NCBI GenBank assembly: GCA_034722955.1
Contig: JAYEOM010000093.1
Span: forward strand, 1-37,100
DNA length: 37,100 bases
Direction of reading: 5' to 3'
DNA from: Campylobacterota bacterium
GTDB lineage: Bacteria > Campylobacterota > Campylobacteria > Campylobacterales > Sulfurovaceae
A program made the translations under genes and the position numbers. The notes beneath the pieces were generated by a model. That model made no database searches, had not been told where the DNA came from, and worked only from the letters and a program-made list of their open reading frames with translations. Within the stretch, counting starts at the first letter, position 1; every line of letters begins with the position of its first letter. Shown here piece after piece: positions 1 through 8,965 of the stretch.

Positions 1-67
1 TGTTCACAGCAGGAGTAGCACCAAGATAGCCAAATAGCAGGATTAGAGAGATAAAGTATTTTAACAT
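1..67 (-). CDS. N-terminus of a secreted protein (partial, runs off the window)
   Basis: Reverse-strand ATG at 65-67 reads MLKYFISLILLFGYLGATPAVN..., which is signal-peptide-like. A G-rich tract lies upstream. Confidence 0.5.
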   Translation of the reverse strand, partial: MLKYFISLILLFGYLGATPAVN

Positions 68-258
68 TACACCCCACCTTCCATACAGGTACTTAAGCTT
101 AGGGACATCTATATATTAGAGATTACCCCTAGGTAGACTATGCAAGTATATCTTTGTTCTCCTTGATACTGTGCCGGCACAATCTGATAAATCTGAAAAT
201 CTATAAAATTTGCGATATTATGTAGCAAACGCATAAAGTCTATGGGGTCAAGTCATTA

Positions 259-846
259 CTATTTACTTTCTGGTTCCACCTCGGGAGAGGTGGAACCAGG
301 TAGCTCGAATTTTTCAAAAACTTTTTTAAAGTCAAGCTCTATATCGCAATCGATATCATCAAATGTAAGTTTTTCATTTGTAAAATCACCACGCTTTGAA
401 TAGTTGTCATTTTTGAGTGAGTATACTTTTGCTTTGAGATCATCAGGATATACTAAAATGTAGTATTGGACACTCTCCTCTTCGTAAATATCAAATTTTA
501 CTGTTTCATCTTTTTGAGCTGTTGATGGACTCAGGATTTCGATGATAATCTTAGGTGCCCTGATAAGGTAGCGGTCTCCATTATCATTACAAGTCAAGAC
601 AATATCTGGTCTGACTGTTGTAGAGTTTGAAATCTTCCAATCCATTTCATAAAGAACTTCACAATCTAGGCAACCATCATCTACCTCCTGTTTGAGACAA
701 AAAAATAGTTCACTGGCAATCATCTGATGTATCTTCATAGGGGCAGGAGCCATCGATACAGGAATGCCATCTATCAACTCCCAAGCACCTTCCCAACTCT
801 TATAGTCGTCATATGTATAGTGTAAAAGTTTTGCTATAGACATCAA
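259..846 (-). CDS. Uma2 / DUF820 family PD-(D/E)xK endonuclease-like protein
   Basis: Motifs YTYDDY..WEG.WELIDG, H(QMI), VRPDI, PKIIIEILSPST..KD..K..Y and YYILV.P. GAGG-type RBS upstream. Confidence 0.9.
   Translation of the reverse strand: MMSIAKLLHYTYDDYKSWEGAWELIDGIPVSMAPAPMKIHQMIASELFFCLKQEVDDGCLDCEVLYEMDWKISNSTTVRPDIVLTCNDNGDRYLIRAPKIIIEILSPSTAQKDETVKFDIYEEESVQYYILVYPDDLKAKVYSLKNDNYSKRGDFTNEKLTFDDIDCDIELDFKKVFEKFELPGSTSPEVEPESK
270..299. repeat. REP-like perfect hairpin inside the 3' end of the Uma2 gene
   Basis: ctggttccacctc (270-282) - ggga - gaggtggaaccag (287-299), a 13-bp perfect stem. Confidence 0.75.
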
Positions 847-869
847 CTCTCCCTCCTCTCAAATAGACG

Positions 870-1070
870 CTTGGGGTAGCCTTATTGCTCATTATAGCAA
901 AATATGTTAAATCATTGATGTTAGTCAGCAATTCAGAAGGAATACCCAAGCGAAAATTGCTAAGTTTATTGGGGTTTCTCGATTTTTGGTTTTTAAGATT
1001 TTGAAAGGAAGTGGTGTATATTCAACGCCTGACCCATAGAATATGACCCATAGAATAAGGCTACCCCAAG
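870..1070. repeat. 201-bp segment bounded by perfect 17-bp inverted repeats (MITE/REP-like)
   Basis: cttggggtagccttatt (870-886) and aataaggctaccccaag (1054-1070). Internal 14-bp tandem duplication tgacccatagaata at 1030-1043 and 1044-1057. Confidence 0.75.
944..1039 (+). pseudogene. Startless fragment encoding a C-terminal HTH, probable remnant of a RAYT-type (Y1) transposase
   Basis: The frame reads TQAKIAKFIGVSRFLVFKILKGSGVYSTPDP*. It has an HTH pattern, no start codon or RBS, and sits among REP-like repeats. The family assignment is from recollection only. Confidence 0.45.
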
Positions 1071-1284
1071 GAGATAAACACACAATTAGCTAAGCTACCC
1101 CTTTACCTGCCTTTACCTGATATCTTACTGAGGGTGTCAGAGACGCTGTGCAGGTATTATATATAAAATATTTAATATAATAATAAAATCCATAATTTAT
1201 ACTGATATATAAGGGCAATAAAGAGTCATAAGAGTGTAAAAGCCCTACTACAAGGGCTTCTCCTTGTATGATGAAATAAATTTG

Positions 1285-1293
1285 TGATATACT
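1285..1293 (+). promoter_or_regulatory. Extended -10 promoter for hup
   Basis: TGaTATACT about 33 nt upstream of the ATG. AAGGA RBS at about 1315. Confidence 0.5.
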
Positions 1294-1325
1294 ATTTCTG
1301 TAAAATTATTATTTAAGGAATAGGT

Positions 1326-1604
1326 ATGACAAAATCAGAATTTGTTGAGTTGGTACAGGAGACAGGTGGATTTGAGACAAAAGCAGCTGCTGAAAAAGCG
1401 GTCAAAGCATTCACTGATTCGGTCACAGCGGCTCTTGTGAAAAAGGATAGTGTATCTCTTGTGGGTTTTGGTACATTCTCTACAGTTGAAGTAGCAGAGA
1501 AGAGTGGTAAAGTGCCAGGTACTGACAAGACTTACACAAAAGCAGCACATACTGCACCTAAGTTTAAGATAGGTAAAACACTCAAAGATGCAGTGGCAGG
1601 TTGA
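1326..1604 (+). CDS. hup: DNA-binding protein HU
   Basis: MTKSEFV...VSLVGFGTF...GKVPG...PKFKIGKTLKDAV. Confidence 0.95.
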   Translation: MTKSEFVELVQETGGFETKAAAEKAVKAFTDSVTAALVKKDSVSLVGFGTFSTVEVAEKSGKVPGTDKTYTKAAHTAPKFKIGKTLKDAVAG

Positions 1605-1609
1605 TCTTG

Positions 1610-1645
1610 AACTATCGATGAGCTTTTGAGCTCATTGTAGTTTTT
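1610..1645 (+). terminator. Intrinsic terminator of hup
   Basis: Stem atgagct-tttg-agctcat, extended by aacta/tagtt and followed by a T-run. Confidence 0.7.
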
Positions 1646-1785
1646 ATGAAATCTCTTTTTGCAAAACTCTCAACCCCAATCAGAAACAAAAATCATGCAG
1701 AGTGTAGATATATTTATCTCTAACACCTCGTTGTAAACTTCACTAAGTTATACTATCTTTATATCGCTAAAAACAAGGAGTCGCC

Positions 1786-2583
1786 ATGGAGCTTCGTAAT
1801 GTTATCGGTTTGGGTGTTGCAGGAAATTTTGCACACCATTTGGAACAGGCTGGAGAGTTAAAAGATTTTGAAAATGTTGTGACGAAAGAGCCTGATGCAC
1901 CTAAGGGAATATTTCCTTTTTATCTCCCTGGGCATGAGAGCTTTCTAGGTCTATATCCTGTTGAGAGAGAGACTTTGACTCTCCCTGACTATGAAGCAAA
2001 TGCACAGGTAGAGCCTGAGGTAGCTATACACTTTGATATCCAGTATGATGAGAACCACAAAGTAGTAGGGCTTGATGCAAAGGCATTTACCTCCTTCAAC
2101 GACTGTACCATACGAAAAGAGGGTGCCAAAAAGATATCGGAAAAGAAGTCATGGTCTAGTGACTCCAAGGGGATAGGGCATAAATGGATAGAGATAGACC
2201 AATTTTCAGCAGGTGGTATCATGGATCACTATCGTCTATGCTCTTTTGTGGAGAGGGATGGCCTGCTGCATCCGTATGGCGTGGATGCTCCTCTAGTAGG
2301 ATACTCCTATTTTTATGAAAAACTTGCAGATTGGCTCATCGAAAAGATGAATGAACAGGAGGATTTTGGTCCGCTCGAAGATATCAGTATGCACCTGAAG
2401 GATTGTGGCTATCCGACTGAAGCACTTATTACGATCGGTGCTACGGCTTATGCTGATTTTGGTGAGAACCACTATCTTCAGAGTGGAGATGAGATCTTTG
2501 TGGTCACATATGATGCCCGAGAGAGTCTTGGAGATCTTGAAGCTTCAAAAGATAAAGTCATACTGCATCAAAAGGTAGTGTAG
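1786..2583 (+). CDS. DUF5718 family protein
   Basis: N-terminal GLGVAGNFA.HLEQAGE, APKGIFPFY, Q.EPEV and FNDC.IR....KISEKK.W. AAGGAG RBS. Confidence 0.75.
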   Translation: MELRNVIGLGVAGNFAHHLEQAGELKDFENVVTKEPDAPKGIFPFYLPGHESFLGLYPVERETLTLPDYEANAQVEPEVAIHFDIQYDENHKVVGLDAKAFTSFNDCTIRKEGAKKISEKKSWSSDSKGIGHKWIEIDQFSAGGIMDHYRLCSFVERDGLLHPYGVDAPLVGYSYFYEKLADWLIEKMNEQEDFGPLEDISMHLKDCGYPTEALITIGATAYADFGENHYLQSGDEIFVVTYDARESLGDLEASKDKVILHQKVV

Positions 2584-2585
2584 AT

Positions 2586-3323
2586 ATGAGAAGCTCTATC
2601 CTTTTACTATGGGCTACTCTACTCTTTACAGGATGCAATCAAGGGGAATCACAATCAGTTAAAATGGTGTCAGATACTTATCACAAGGTACCTACCGGAT
2701 ACACTGCTACTCCAACTGCCGAGCCTAAAAAGACACGAGAAGAGAGAGAGGATATCCACAGAAAAGAGATCGAAATAGCAAAACTGAAACGAGAAGAGAA
2801 TCTGCAGCTAGCCAAGATAGAAGCAGATACCCAAGAGCATGTGAAGCGTATCGAAGTAGAGGCTATGAAGCATAAAATATTGGTAGACAAAGAGGTGAGT
2901 TTGGAGGCACAAAAGATAGAAAAAGAGATCGCCGCCTCAAGAGAGACTACTTTGATCCAGACAAAAGAGAGAGATCTGCTTATTGATCAGATCATCATCG
3001 CTGTTGTCGCTGGTATACTACTCATCACTCTATTGGTATACTATCTGATGCAGCATAAAAAAAGAGTGTTTGAGATGAAGATTCAAGAGGAGAAACTCAA
3101 ACATGAAGCACATATGCAAGCGACTACACAGCATCATGAAAAGATATCTAGAGTCTTGGAGATCATCGCCGATAAAGATACAGATAGTTATGTTAAAAAT
3201 GAGCTATTGGGTATCTTGAAGGAGCCACAAGATGAGCAGGTACTCATAGAGTATTCCCCCACAGAGGATGAGGTTCAAAAAGAGGAGGAGTCTCAAGAGA
3301 AAGAGGTTAAAAACCCCCTCTAG
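2586..3323 (+). CDS. Putative lipoprotein with coiled coil and an internal TM helix
   Basis: Lipobox LFTG-C, E/K-rich heptads, hydrophobic IIIAVVAGILLITLLVYYL and an acidic tail. Confidence 0.65.
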   Translation: MRSSILLLWATLLFTGCNQGESQSVKMVSDTYHKVPTGYTATPTAEPKKTREEREDIHRKEIEIAKLKREENLQLAKIEADTQEHVKRIEVEAMKHKILVDKEVSLEAQKIEKEIAASRETTLIQTKERDLLIDQIIIAVVAGILLITLLVYYLMQHKKRVFEMKIQEEKLKHEAHMQATTQHHEKISRVLEIIADKDTDSYVKNELLGILKEPQDEQVLIEYSPTEDEVQKEEESQEKEVKNPL

Positions 3324-3335
3324 TTTTACGACTTC

Positions 3336-4466
3336 CTACTCTCCTGTGAACCACCCTTTGACACGATCAAAGGCGTTTTCCAATGAACTTTTGTGAGGAG
3401 TACTCTCTACCCCAAAGCTCTCTTGGAGTCTGTTGAGTAGATCCTCCTGCTCATCGTTGAGTTTTTTGGGCAGAACGAGCTGTACTTGAGCGATCAGGCG
3501 ACCTTTTCTGCCACCATGGACATCTGCTACACCTTCACCCTCAAAGACAAAATGCTCTTTATCTTTAGTTCCTGGTTTTAGATCGAGCTGAAGTTCACCA
3601 TCTAGTGATGGTATAGTGATACTCTCCCCCAAAATAGCCTGCGTGAAAAATACAGGCACTTCGATATATATATCGCTGCCGTTTCGTACAAAGTTCTCAT
3701 CCTCTTCGACATAAAAAGTGAGGTATAGATCACCTCTGCGACCATGACGATCTTCATTGCCATACCCTTGAACTCTGAGCCTATTTCCACTATCTACTCC
3801 CGCAGGGATATTGATAGTGATGGTCTCATCTACGCTGTTGTACCCTTTACCGTGGCAGCTTTCACACTTTTCAACGATCTTCTTGCCTTCACCTTTACAC
3901 TTGGGGCAAGTTTGGGCGAAAGTCATAGGTCCCTGTCGCATAACTACCTGTCCTTGACCTTTACAGTAGTCACAGGTTGTAAGCTTACCATCTTTGGCAC
4001 CGGTACCTTTACATCCACTACAAGGTGTTTTGTAAGTGATCTCTATCTTCTTCTCACAGCCAAATATAGCTTCATGAAATTCCAATGGCTGTTCGATCTC
4101 AAAGTCAAGAGCATATTTTTGGCTTGGGTCTCTTCTAGTCTGCCCAAAACCGCCGCCAAAGCCACCTCCACCGCCAAACATAGAGTTGAAGATATCTCTC
4201 ATATCATCCATCCCGCCGCCAAAGCCACCGCCACCTTGGCGATCGAGTCCCTCTTTGCCGTAACGGTCATAGATAGCTCTCTTATCTTCATCGCTGAGTG
4301 CTTGATAAGCTTCATTGATCTGCTTAAATTTATCTTCAGCCTCTTTGTCATCTGGATTGCGGTCAGGATGGTACTTCATCGCTAGTTTACGATAGGATTT
4401 TTTCAGTTCTGTACCATTACAGTCTCTACTGACCTCTAAAATCTCATAATAATCAATTTCTGTCAT
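3336..4466 (-). CDS. dnaJ: Chaperone DnaJ
   Basis: J domain with HPD, G/F-rich linker, four CxxCxGxG repeats and C-terminal domain. Confidence 0.97.
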   Translation of the reverse strand: MTEIDYYEILEVSRDCNGTELKKSYRKLAMKYHPDRNPDDKEAEDKFKQINEAYQALSDEDKRAIYDRYGKEGLDRQGGGGFGGGMDDMRDIFNSMFGGGGGFGGGFGQTRRDPSQKYALDFEIEQPLEFHEAIFGCEKKIEITYKTPCSGCKGTGAKDGKLTTCDYCKGQGQVVMRQGPMTFAQTCPKCKGEGKKIVEKCESCHGKGYNSVDETITINIPAGVDSGNRLRVQGYGNEDRHGRRGDLYLTFYVEEDENFVRNGSDIYIEVPVFFTQAILGESITIPSLDGELQLDLKPGTKDKEHFVFEGEGVADVHGGRKGRLIAQVQLVLPKKLNDEQEDLLNRLQESFGVESTPHKSSLENAFDRVKGWFTGE

Positions 4467-4579
4467 TGCTCTACTCTCATTAATAAATAATTTTCGCGAA
4501 TTTTACCATAATTTTGTTCATTTTTGTTTTGCATAGAGTTTGATAAGATATAATACTATATCAAATTGAAGGAGATGGA

Positions 4580-4870
4580 GTGGTTACTCATATAGTATTG
4601 TTCAAATTTAAAGAGAAAGATAGAGAGGCTAATGTCCAAAAGGCTGGTCAAATGCTAAGTGCTCTGCTAGAGAGTGTGCCTGAACTCAAAAGTATAGAGG
4701 TTGGTACAAACTTTTCAAATGAGGAGCGTGCTATGGATCTGAGCATTATCACAACCTTTGATGATAGAGATGGACTAGAGCAGTATGTCATGCACACTGA
4801 ACATATGAAAGTTGTAGAGTTTATCAAGAGTGTAGTTGAGGAGTCTAAAGTAGTAGACTATATAAGTTAG
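4580..4870 (+). CDS. Dabb (stress-responsive A/B barrel) protein
   Basis: GTG start with AAGGAG RBS. HIVLFKFK...F.D.D.L..Y..H..H...VVDY. Confidence 0.88.
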   Translation: MVTHIVLFKFKEKDREANVQKAGQMLSALLESVPELKSIEVGTNFSNEERAMDLSIITTFDDRDGLEQYVMHTEHMKVVEFIKSVVEESKVVDYIS

Positions 4871-4882
4871 GAGCATGGTCTA

Positions 4883-5452
4883 TTGAAGCGGTACAAGATC
4901 GAACCATTTGAAAATCTAGTAGAGGCATTTCAGTCTCTCCCTAGTATAGGAAAAAAGTCGGCAATCCGACTGGCATATCATCTAGTGATGGAAGATGGCT
5001 TTGGGGCGATGAAGTTAGCACATGCCATCGAAACAGGTGTCAATGAGGTGCAGCGTTGCAGTCAGTGTCACAACATGAGCGAAGATGAGCTATGTGCGAT
5101 CTGCACAGATGATCAACGCGACATCAGTACGCTCTGTATCGTACAGAGTGCCAGGGATGTTTTGACGATAGAGGAGAGTGGGGAGTTTAGAGGGGTCTAT
5201 TATGTACTCTCTCGTGTCGAAGATCTGGATGAGTCTCATCTCAAGAGCGTAGCTAGAGATGCAGATGAGGTGATCTTTGCTTTTCCTCCTAGTATAGCTA
5301 CAGATACTATGATCTTATATATCGAAGATAAGTTAGAGGGGTTGGGTCTTCATTTTACCAAGATAGCACAAGGGGTTCCGACAGGAGTCGATCTGGAAAA
5401 TATAGATGTAGTATCACTCACGCGTGCTATGGAGGCTAGAGTAAAAGTATGA
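4883..5452 (+). CDS. recR: Recombination mediator RecR
   Basis: LPSIGKKSA.RLA, C4 zinc finger (CSQC...CAIC), Toprim region and IAQGVPTG..LE..D. Confidence 0.95.
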   Translation: MKRYKIEPFENLVEAFQSLPSIGKKSAIRLAYHLVMEDGFGAMKLAHAIETGVNEVQRCSQCHNMSEDELCAICTDDQRDISTLCIVQSARDVLTIEESGEFRGVYYVLSRVEDLDESHLKSVARDADEVIFAFPPSIATDTMILYIEDKLEGLGLHFTKIAQGVPTGVDLENIDVVSLTRAMEARVKV

Positions 5453-6627
5453 ATCTGTCTATCATCAAACCGATCAAGAGTATTCTTTTGATCATACTCT
5501 TCTCTGCTATGCTATGGGGTGTAGATATCACCCCTGCTGCCAAACGCCCAGATCTCTATCTGCCACTTCTAAAAGGAAAGAGTGTCGCCTTGGTGGTCAA
5601 CCACTCCTCCTTGGTGGGTAGAGAACATTTAGTTGATTTTTTACTAAAAAATGGTGTAGATGTTCGTAAGATATTTGCTCCCGAACATGGGTTTCGCGGC
5701 AGAGCAGATGCAGGTGCATATGTCAAAAATAGCCGAGACACCAAAACGAATCTGCCCATCGTCTCACTCTATGGAAAACATAAGAAACCAACCAAGCAGG
5801 ATTTGGCAGGGATCGATCTGATCCTCTTCGATATCCAGGATGTGGGAGTACGGTTCTACACTTACCTCTCTACGCTTCACTATGTCATGGAGGCAGGTGC
5901 CCAGCAGAATACCCCTCTGATCGTACTCGATCGTCCCAATCCCAATGGGCACTATATCGATGGTCCTCTCCTTGAGAAAAAATACCGCTCATTTGTCGGT
6001 CTCGATCCTGTACCTGTCGTCTATGGTATGACGATCGGAGAGTATGCCCGTATGCTCAATGGAGAGGGTTGGCTCAAGAGAGGAGTAAAAGTCAAACTTA
6101 CTGTTATACCCCTAGCCAACTATACACACGATAGTTTTTACTCCCTGCCAATCAAGCCATCACCCAATCTGCCCAATGATAGAGCTATCACACTCTACCC
6201 CTCTCTAGCATTTTTCGAGGGAACAGTTATGTCAGCAGGGAGAGGTACAGAAAAACCTTTTCAACTCTATGGCGCACCAAAATATAGAGTAAAAAAGTTC
6301 TCTTTTGTCCCACAGTCAAGAGCAGGAGCCAAATATCCCAAGTTTAAAGGAGAGCGATGTTATGGGGTTGATTTGAGCAGGGATAGCTTCAAAAAAAAGC
6401 GTGCAAAAAGAGAGCTAAATCTTTCATATCTCCGGGATGCTTATGCCAAATATCCCGATAAAAAGAGTTTTTTTCTAAAAAACAGATTTATAGATAGGCT
6501 TGCAGGCAGCGATCAGCTGCGAAAGCAGATCTTGGCAGGTACTTCGGAGTCTGCTATCCGTAAAAGTTGGCAGAAAGATTTAAATAGATTTAAGAGGATA
6601 CGAAAAAAATATTTGCTCTATCCTTAA
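5449..6627 (+). CDS. namZ: Exo-beta-N-acetylmuramidase NamZ (DUF1343, GH171), secreted
   Basis: APEHGFRG, SLYG, FDIQDVGVRFYTY, VLDRPNP, YGMTIGE, PSPNLP and GRGT motifs. Signal peptide. ATGA overlap with recR. Confidence 0.92.
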   Translation: MNLSIIKPIKSILLIILFSAMLWGVDITPAAKRPDLYLPLLKGKSVALVVNHSSLVGREHLVDFLLKNGVDVRKIFAPEHGFRGRADAGAYVKNSRDTKTNLPIVSLYGKHKKPTKQDLAGIDLILFDIQDVGVRFYTYLSTLHYVMEAGAQQNTPLIVLDRPNPNGHYIDGPLLEKKYRSFVGLDPVPVVYGMTIGEYARMLNGEGWLKRGVKVKLTVIPLANYTHDSFYSLPIKPSPNLPNDRAITLYPSLAFFEGTVMSAGRGTEKPFQLYGAPKYRVKKFSFVPQSRAGAKYPKFKGERCYGVDLSRDSFKKKRAKRELNLSYLRDAYAKYPDKKSFFLKNRFIDRLAGSDQLRKQILAGTSESAIRKSWQKDLNRFKRIRKKYLLYP

Positions 6628-6647
6628 CCCAGAAAAAAAGGAATTTT

Positions 6648-7313
6648 ATGACAAAAATTATGTTTATTTGCAGTTTGCTATTGAGTGCAAGCTTGAGTGC
6701 AGAGACAGTGAAGATCATCAATAAGCCGATAGATTTTGGTTCAAAACGAGTAGAGATGACCAAAACATATATCGCACAGCACTATGGCAAGAGAGTGAAA
6801 GATATCACGATCGTACCAAAGATCATCGTGCTGCATTGGACAGCAGAGATGAGCTTTGAGAAATCATTTAACAGACTCAAACCCGAAAAGCTCCTGAGTG
6901 ACCGCAAAGATATAGCAAAAGCGAGTCTCCTCAATGTCTCAGCACACTATATGGTAGATCGTGATGGGACTATCTATCGCCTGATGCCTGATAACCATAT
7001 GGCACGACATGTTATAGGGCTCAACTACTCTACTATAGGTATAGAGAATATAGGAGGCAGAGACAACAAGCAAGATGATCTCACCTCTGCACAGCTCAAA
7101 TCCAATATCGCACTTGTCAAGTATCTAAAACAGAAGTACCCTACTATAGAGTATCTCATAGGACACCATGAGTATCGGCAGATGGAGAAGAGTTCTCTTT
7201 GGCTAGAGAGGGACAAGGGATACAGAACAGTCAAGAGCGATCCAGGGAGACGGTTTATGAGTGATGTCCGCAGGGCAGTGAAGCCTCTGCATCTGAAAGA
7301 GCCACCAAAATAG
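6648..7313 (+). CDS. N-acetylmuramoyl-L-alanine amidase (Amidase_2/PGRP-like), secreted
   Basis: IVLHWT, SAHYMVDRDG, A.HV.G.N..IGIEN, IGH.E and KSDPG (Zn ligands H/H/D). Sec signal peptide. Confidence 0.9.
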   Translation: MTKIMFICSLLLSASLSAETVKIINKPIDFGSKRVEMTKTYIAQHYGKRVKDITIVPKIIVLHWTAEMSFEKSFNRLKPEKLLSDRKDIAKASLLNVSAHYMVDRDGTIYRLMPDNHMARHVIGLNYSTIGIENIGGRDNKQDDLTSAQLKSNIALVKYLKQKYPTIEYLIGHHEYRQMEKSSLWLERDKGYRTVKSDPGRRFMSDVRRAVKPLHLKEPPK

Positions 7314-7320
7314 AGAAGAG

Positions 7321-8844
7321 ATGAATAGTACATTTACCCCTGTAGACTGGATGATATTTGGCTCCTATTTTCTGATACTTATTCTCACCTCTGTGGTACT
7401 AAGTCGCGTGAAACTGGAGACGACTCGTGACTATTTCGTAGGGTCTAACTCGATGCCGATGCTAGCAGTAGCTATCTCAGTATTGGCCACTTCTCAGTCT
7501 GCGGCTACATTTTTGGGTGGACCAGAGTACTCTTATGGCAAAGATTTGACCTTTTTGGGTTTCTATTTTTCTGCTTTTATTGCTGTGATTTTTGTCGCTT
7601 ATCTGCTGATACCGCGATTTTATGCTATCAAGGCAGTCACAGTCTATGAACTGCTTGAGAAGCGTTATGGTGCAAGTGCCAAGAAGCAGGCAGGGGTGAT
7701 GTTCTTGATAGGACGGTTATTTGCCTCAGGGGCTAGACTCTATATCGGTGCATTGGCTATCTCGATGATACTCTTTATGGATATCGCCCCGACCCATATC
7801 GCACTCTCTATTATGATTTTGATGTTGGGTGCATTGGCTTATGCCTATTTTGGTGGTATCAAGTCGGTGATTTTGAGTGATGTCATTCAGGCGATGACCT
7901 ATATAGGAGCGGCTATAGCTGTATTGATCTTTCTCTTCTATTCGCTCGATGCAGACCTCTCTACGATGATCGATATCCTCAGCAGAGAGAACAAACTCCA
8001 AGTTGTTAACTTCTCATTTGACCATTTTGAGGGTGGGTTTAACTTCTATACCATTCTTGTTGGTTGGCTCCTGCTAAATATCGCTGCTTATGGACTCGAC
8101 CAAGATATGACTCAGCGTGTACTTAGCTGTAGAGACAAGTCGGAGGGAGCAAAGTCGCTGATATACTCTATCATCTTTACCATCCCTGTAGCACTGCTGT
8201 TTTTGGTGATAGGTCTACTGCTATATCTCTACTATCAACACCCTGAACTCTCAGGTTTTGAGGGAGCAGTAGACAAGAGCTTTCAGGGTGACAAAGTCAC
8301 TATCATGATGTACTATATCCTCAATGAGATGCCAGAGGGACTGCGTGGGCTGGTGACAGTAGGAGCCATCGCCGCCGCACTCTCCAGCACCAACTCAGTA
8401 CTAGGTGCGATGAGTTCTGTAGCGATCGAAGATCTCTATCGTCCCTGGAGACTATCCAGAGGAGAAGCCTCAGAGAAGCACTTCCTCAAAGCAGGAAAGA
8501 TGGGTGTACTGCTTTTTGCTCTACTGCTAAGCATGATGGCGATGCTGAGCTACTACTGGCAGCACGCAACCCAGTCACACCTGTTGACTTTTGCACTAGG
8601 CGTAATGGCGTTTGCCTATGCAGGACTGCTAGGAGTCTACGGAGCAGCGATCTTTACAGGCAGAGGAAGCAAGAGAACTGTACTCTGGGCACTGATCGGT
8701 GGATTTATGACAGTACTCTTTCTGCAGTCCTATGTTTTGGCATTTTTTGGCATAGAGTGGAAGATAGGTTTTTCATGGCAGTTGGTTTTGGGTACTGCTG
8801 TATCGTTTGGGGTTATGATGTTGGGGAGTGATGCCGAAAGATAG
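7321..8844 (+). CDS. Sodium:solute symporter (SSS/SLC5, YidK/NIS-like); candidate MurNAc/anhMurNAc importer
   Basis: About 13 TM segments. DYFVG...SV.AT..SA.TFLG.P, GGIKSVI.SD.IQ, DQDMTQR and AAALSS motifs. The substrate is inferred from context only. Confidence 0.9.
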   Translation: MNSTFTPVDWMIFGSYFLILILTSVVLSRVKLETTRDYFVGSNSMPMLAVAISVLATSQSAATFLGGPEYSYGKDLTFLGFYFSAFIAVIFVAYLLIPRFYAIKAVTVYELLEKRYGASAKKQAGVMFLIGRLFASGARLYIGALAISMILFMDIAPTHIALSIMILMLGALAYAYFGGIKSVILSDVIQAMTYIGAAIAVLIFLFYSLDADLSTMIDILSRENKLQVVNFSFDHFEGGFNFYTILVGWLLLNIAAYGLDQDMTQRVLSCRDKSEGAKSLIYSIIFTIPVALLFLVIGLLLYLYYQHPELSGFEGAVDKSFQGDKVTIMMYYILNEMPEGLRGLVTVGAIAAALSSTNSVLGAMSSVAIEDLYRPWRLSRGEASEKHFLKAGKMGVLLFALLLSMMAMLSYYWQHATQSHLLTFALGVMAFAYAGLLGVYGAAIFTGRGSKRTVLWALIGGFMTVLFLQSYVLAFFGIEWKIGFSWQLVLGTAVSFGVMMLGSDAER

Positions 8845-8965
8845 ATTTGCACAAGAGCTAAAAAATAGAAATTTGACGAAAAATCAAATAGTAGAAAATC
8901 CTATTTTACTTGATAATGGAAAAAAGATGAAATGTAAAAATATTGTCAATGAGCAGATAGTATGA
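8831..8965 (+). CDS. 44-aa bridging ORF or gene remnant (not in ORF track)
   Basis: GGGGAG before ATG 8831. Reads MPKDRFAQELKNRNLTKNQIVENPILLDNGKKMKCKNIVNEQIV*. Its stop overlaps the anmK start (ATGA). Confidence 0.35.
   Translation: MPKDRFAQELKNRNLTKNQIVENPILLDNGKKMKCKNIVNEQIV

Noticed and set aside
67..108. 13-codon minus-strand ORF whose stop overlaps the partial gene start
   Set aside because: Too short and has no RBS or other support.
170..181. 12-bp palindrome tgtgccggcaca
   Set aside because: Single short palindrome with no second copy noticed; function cannot be supported.
1030..1119. Tandem repeats as a CRISPR array
   Set aside because: Only two-copy 10-14-bp units with no spacers and no cas genes.
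1326..1604. HU lacking the usual GRNP arm motif
   Set aside because: The GKVPG arm is normal for Campylobacterota HU.
3744..4385. 213-aa plus-strand ORF
   Set aside because: Antisense shadow of dnaJ with no recognisable motifs.
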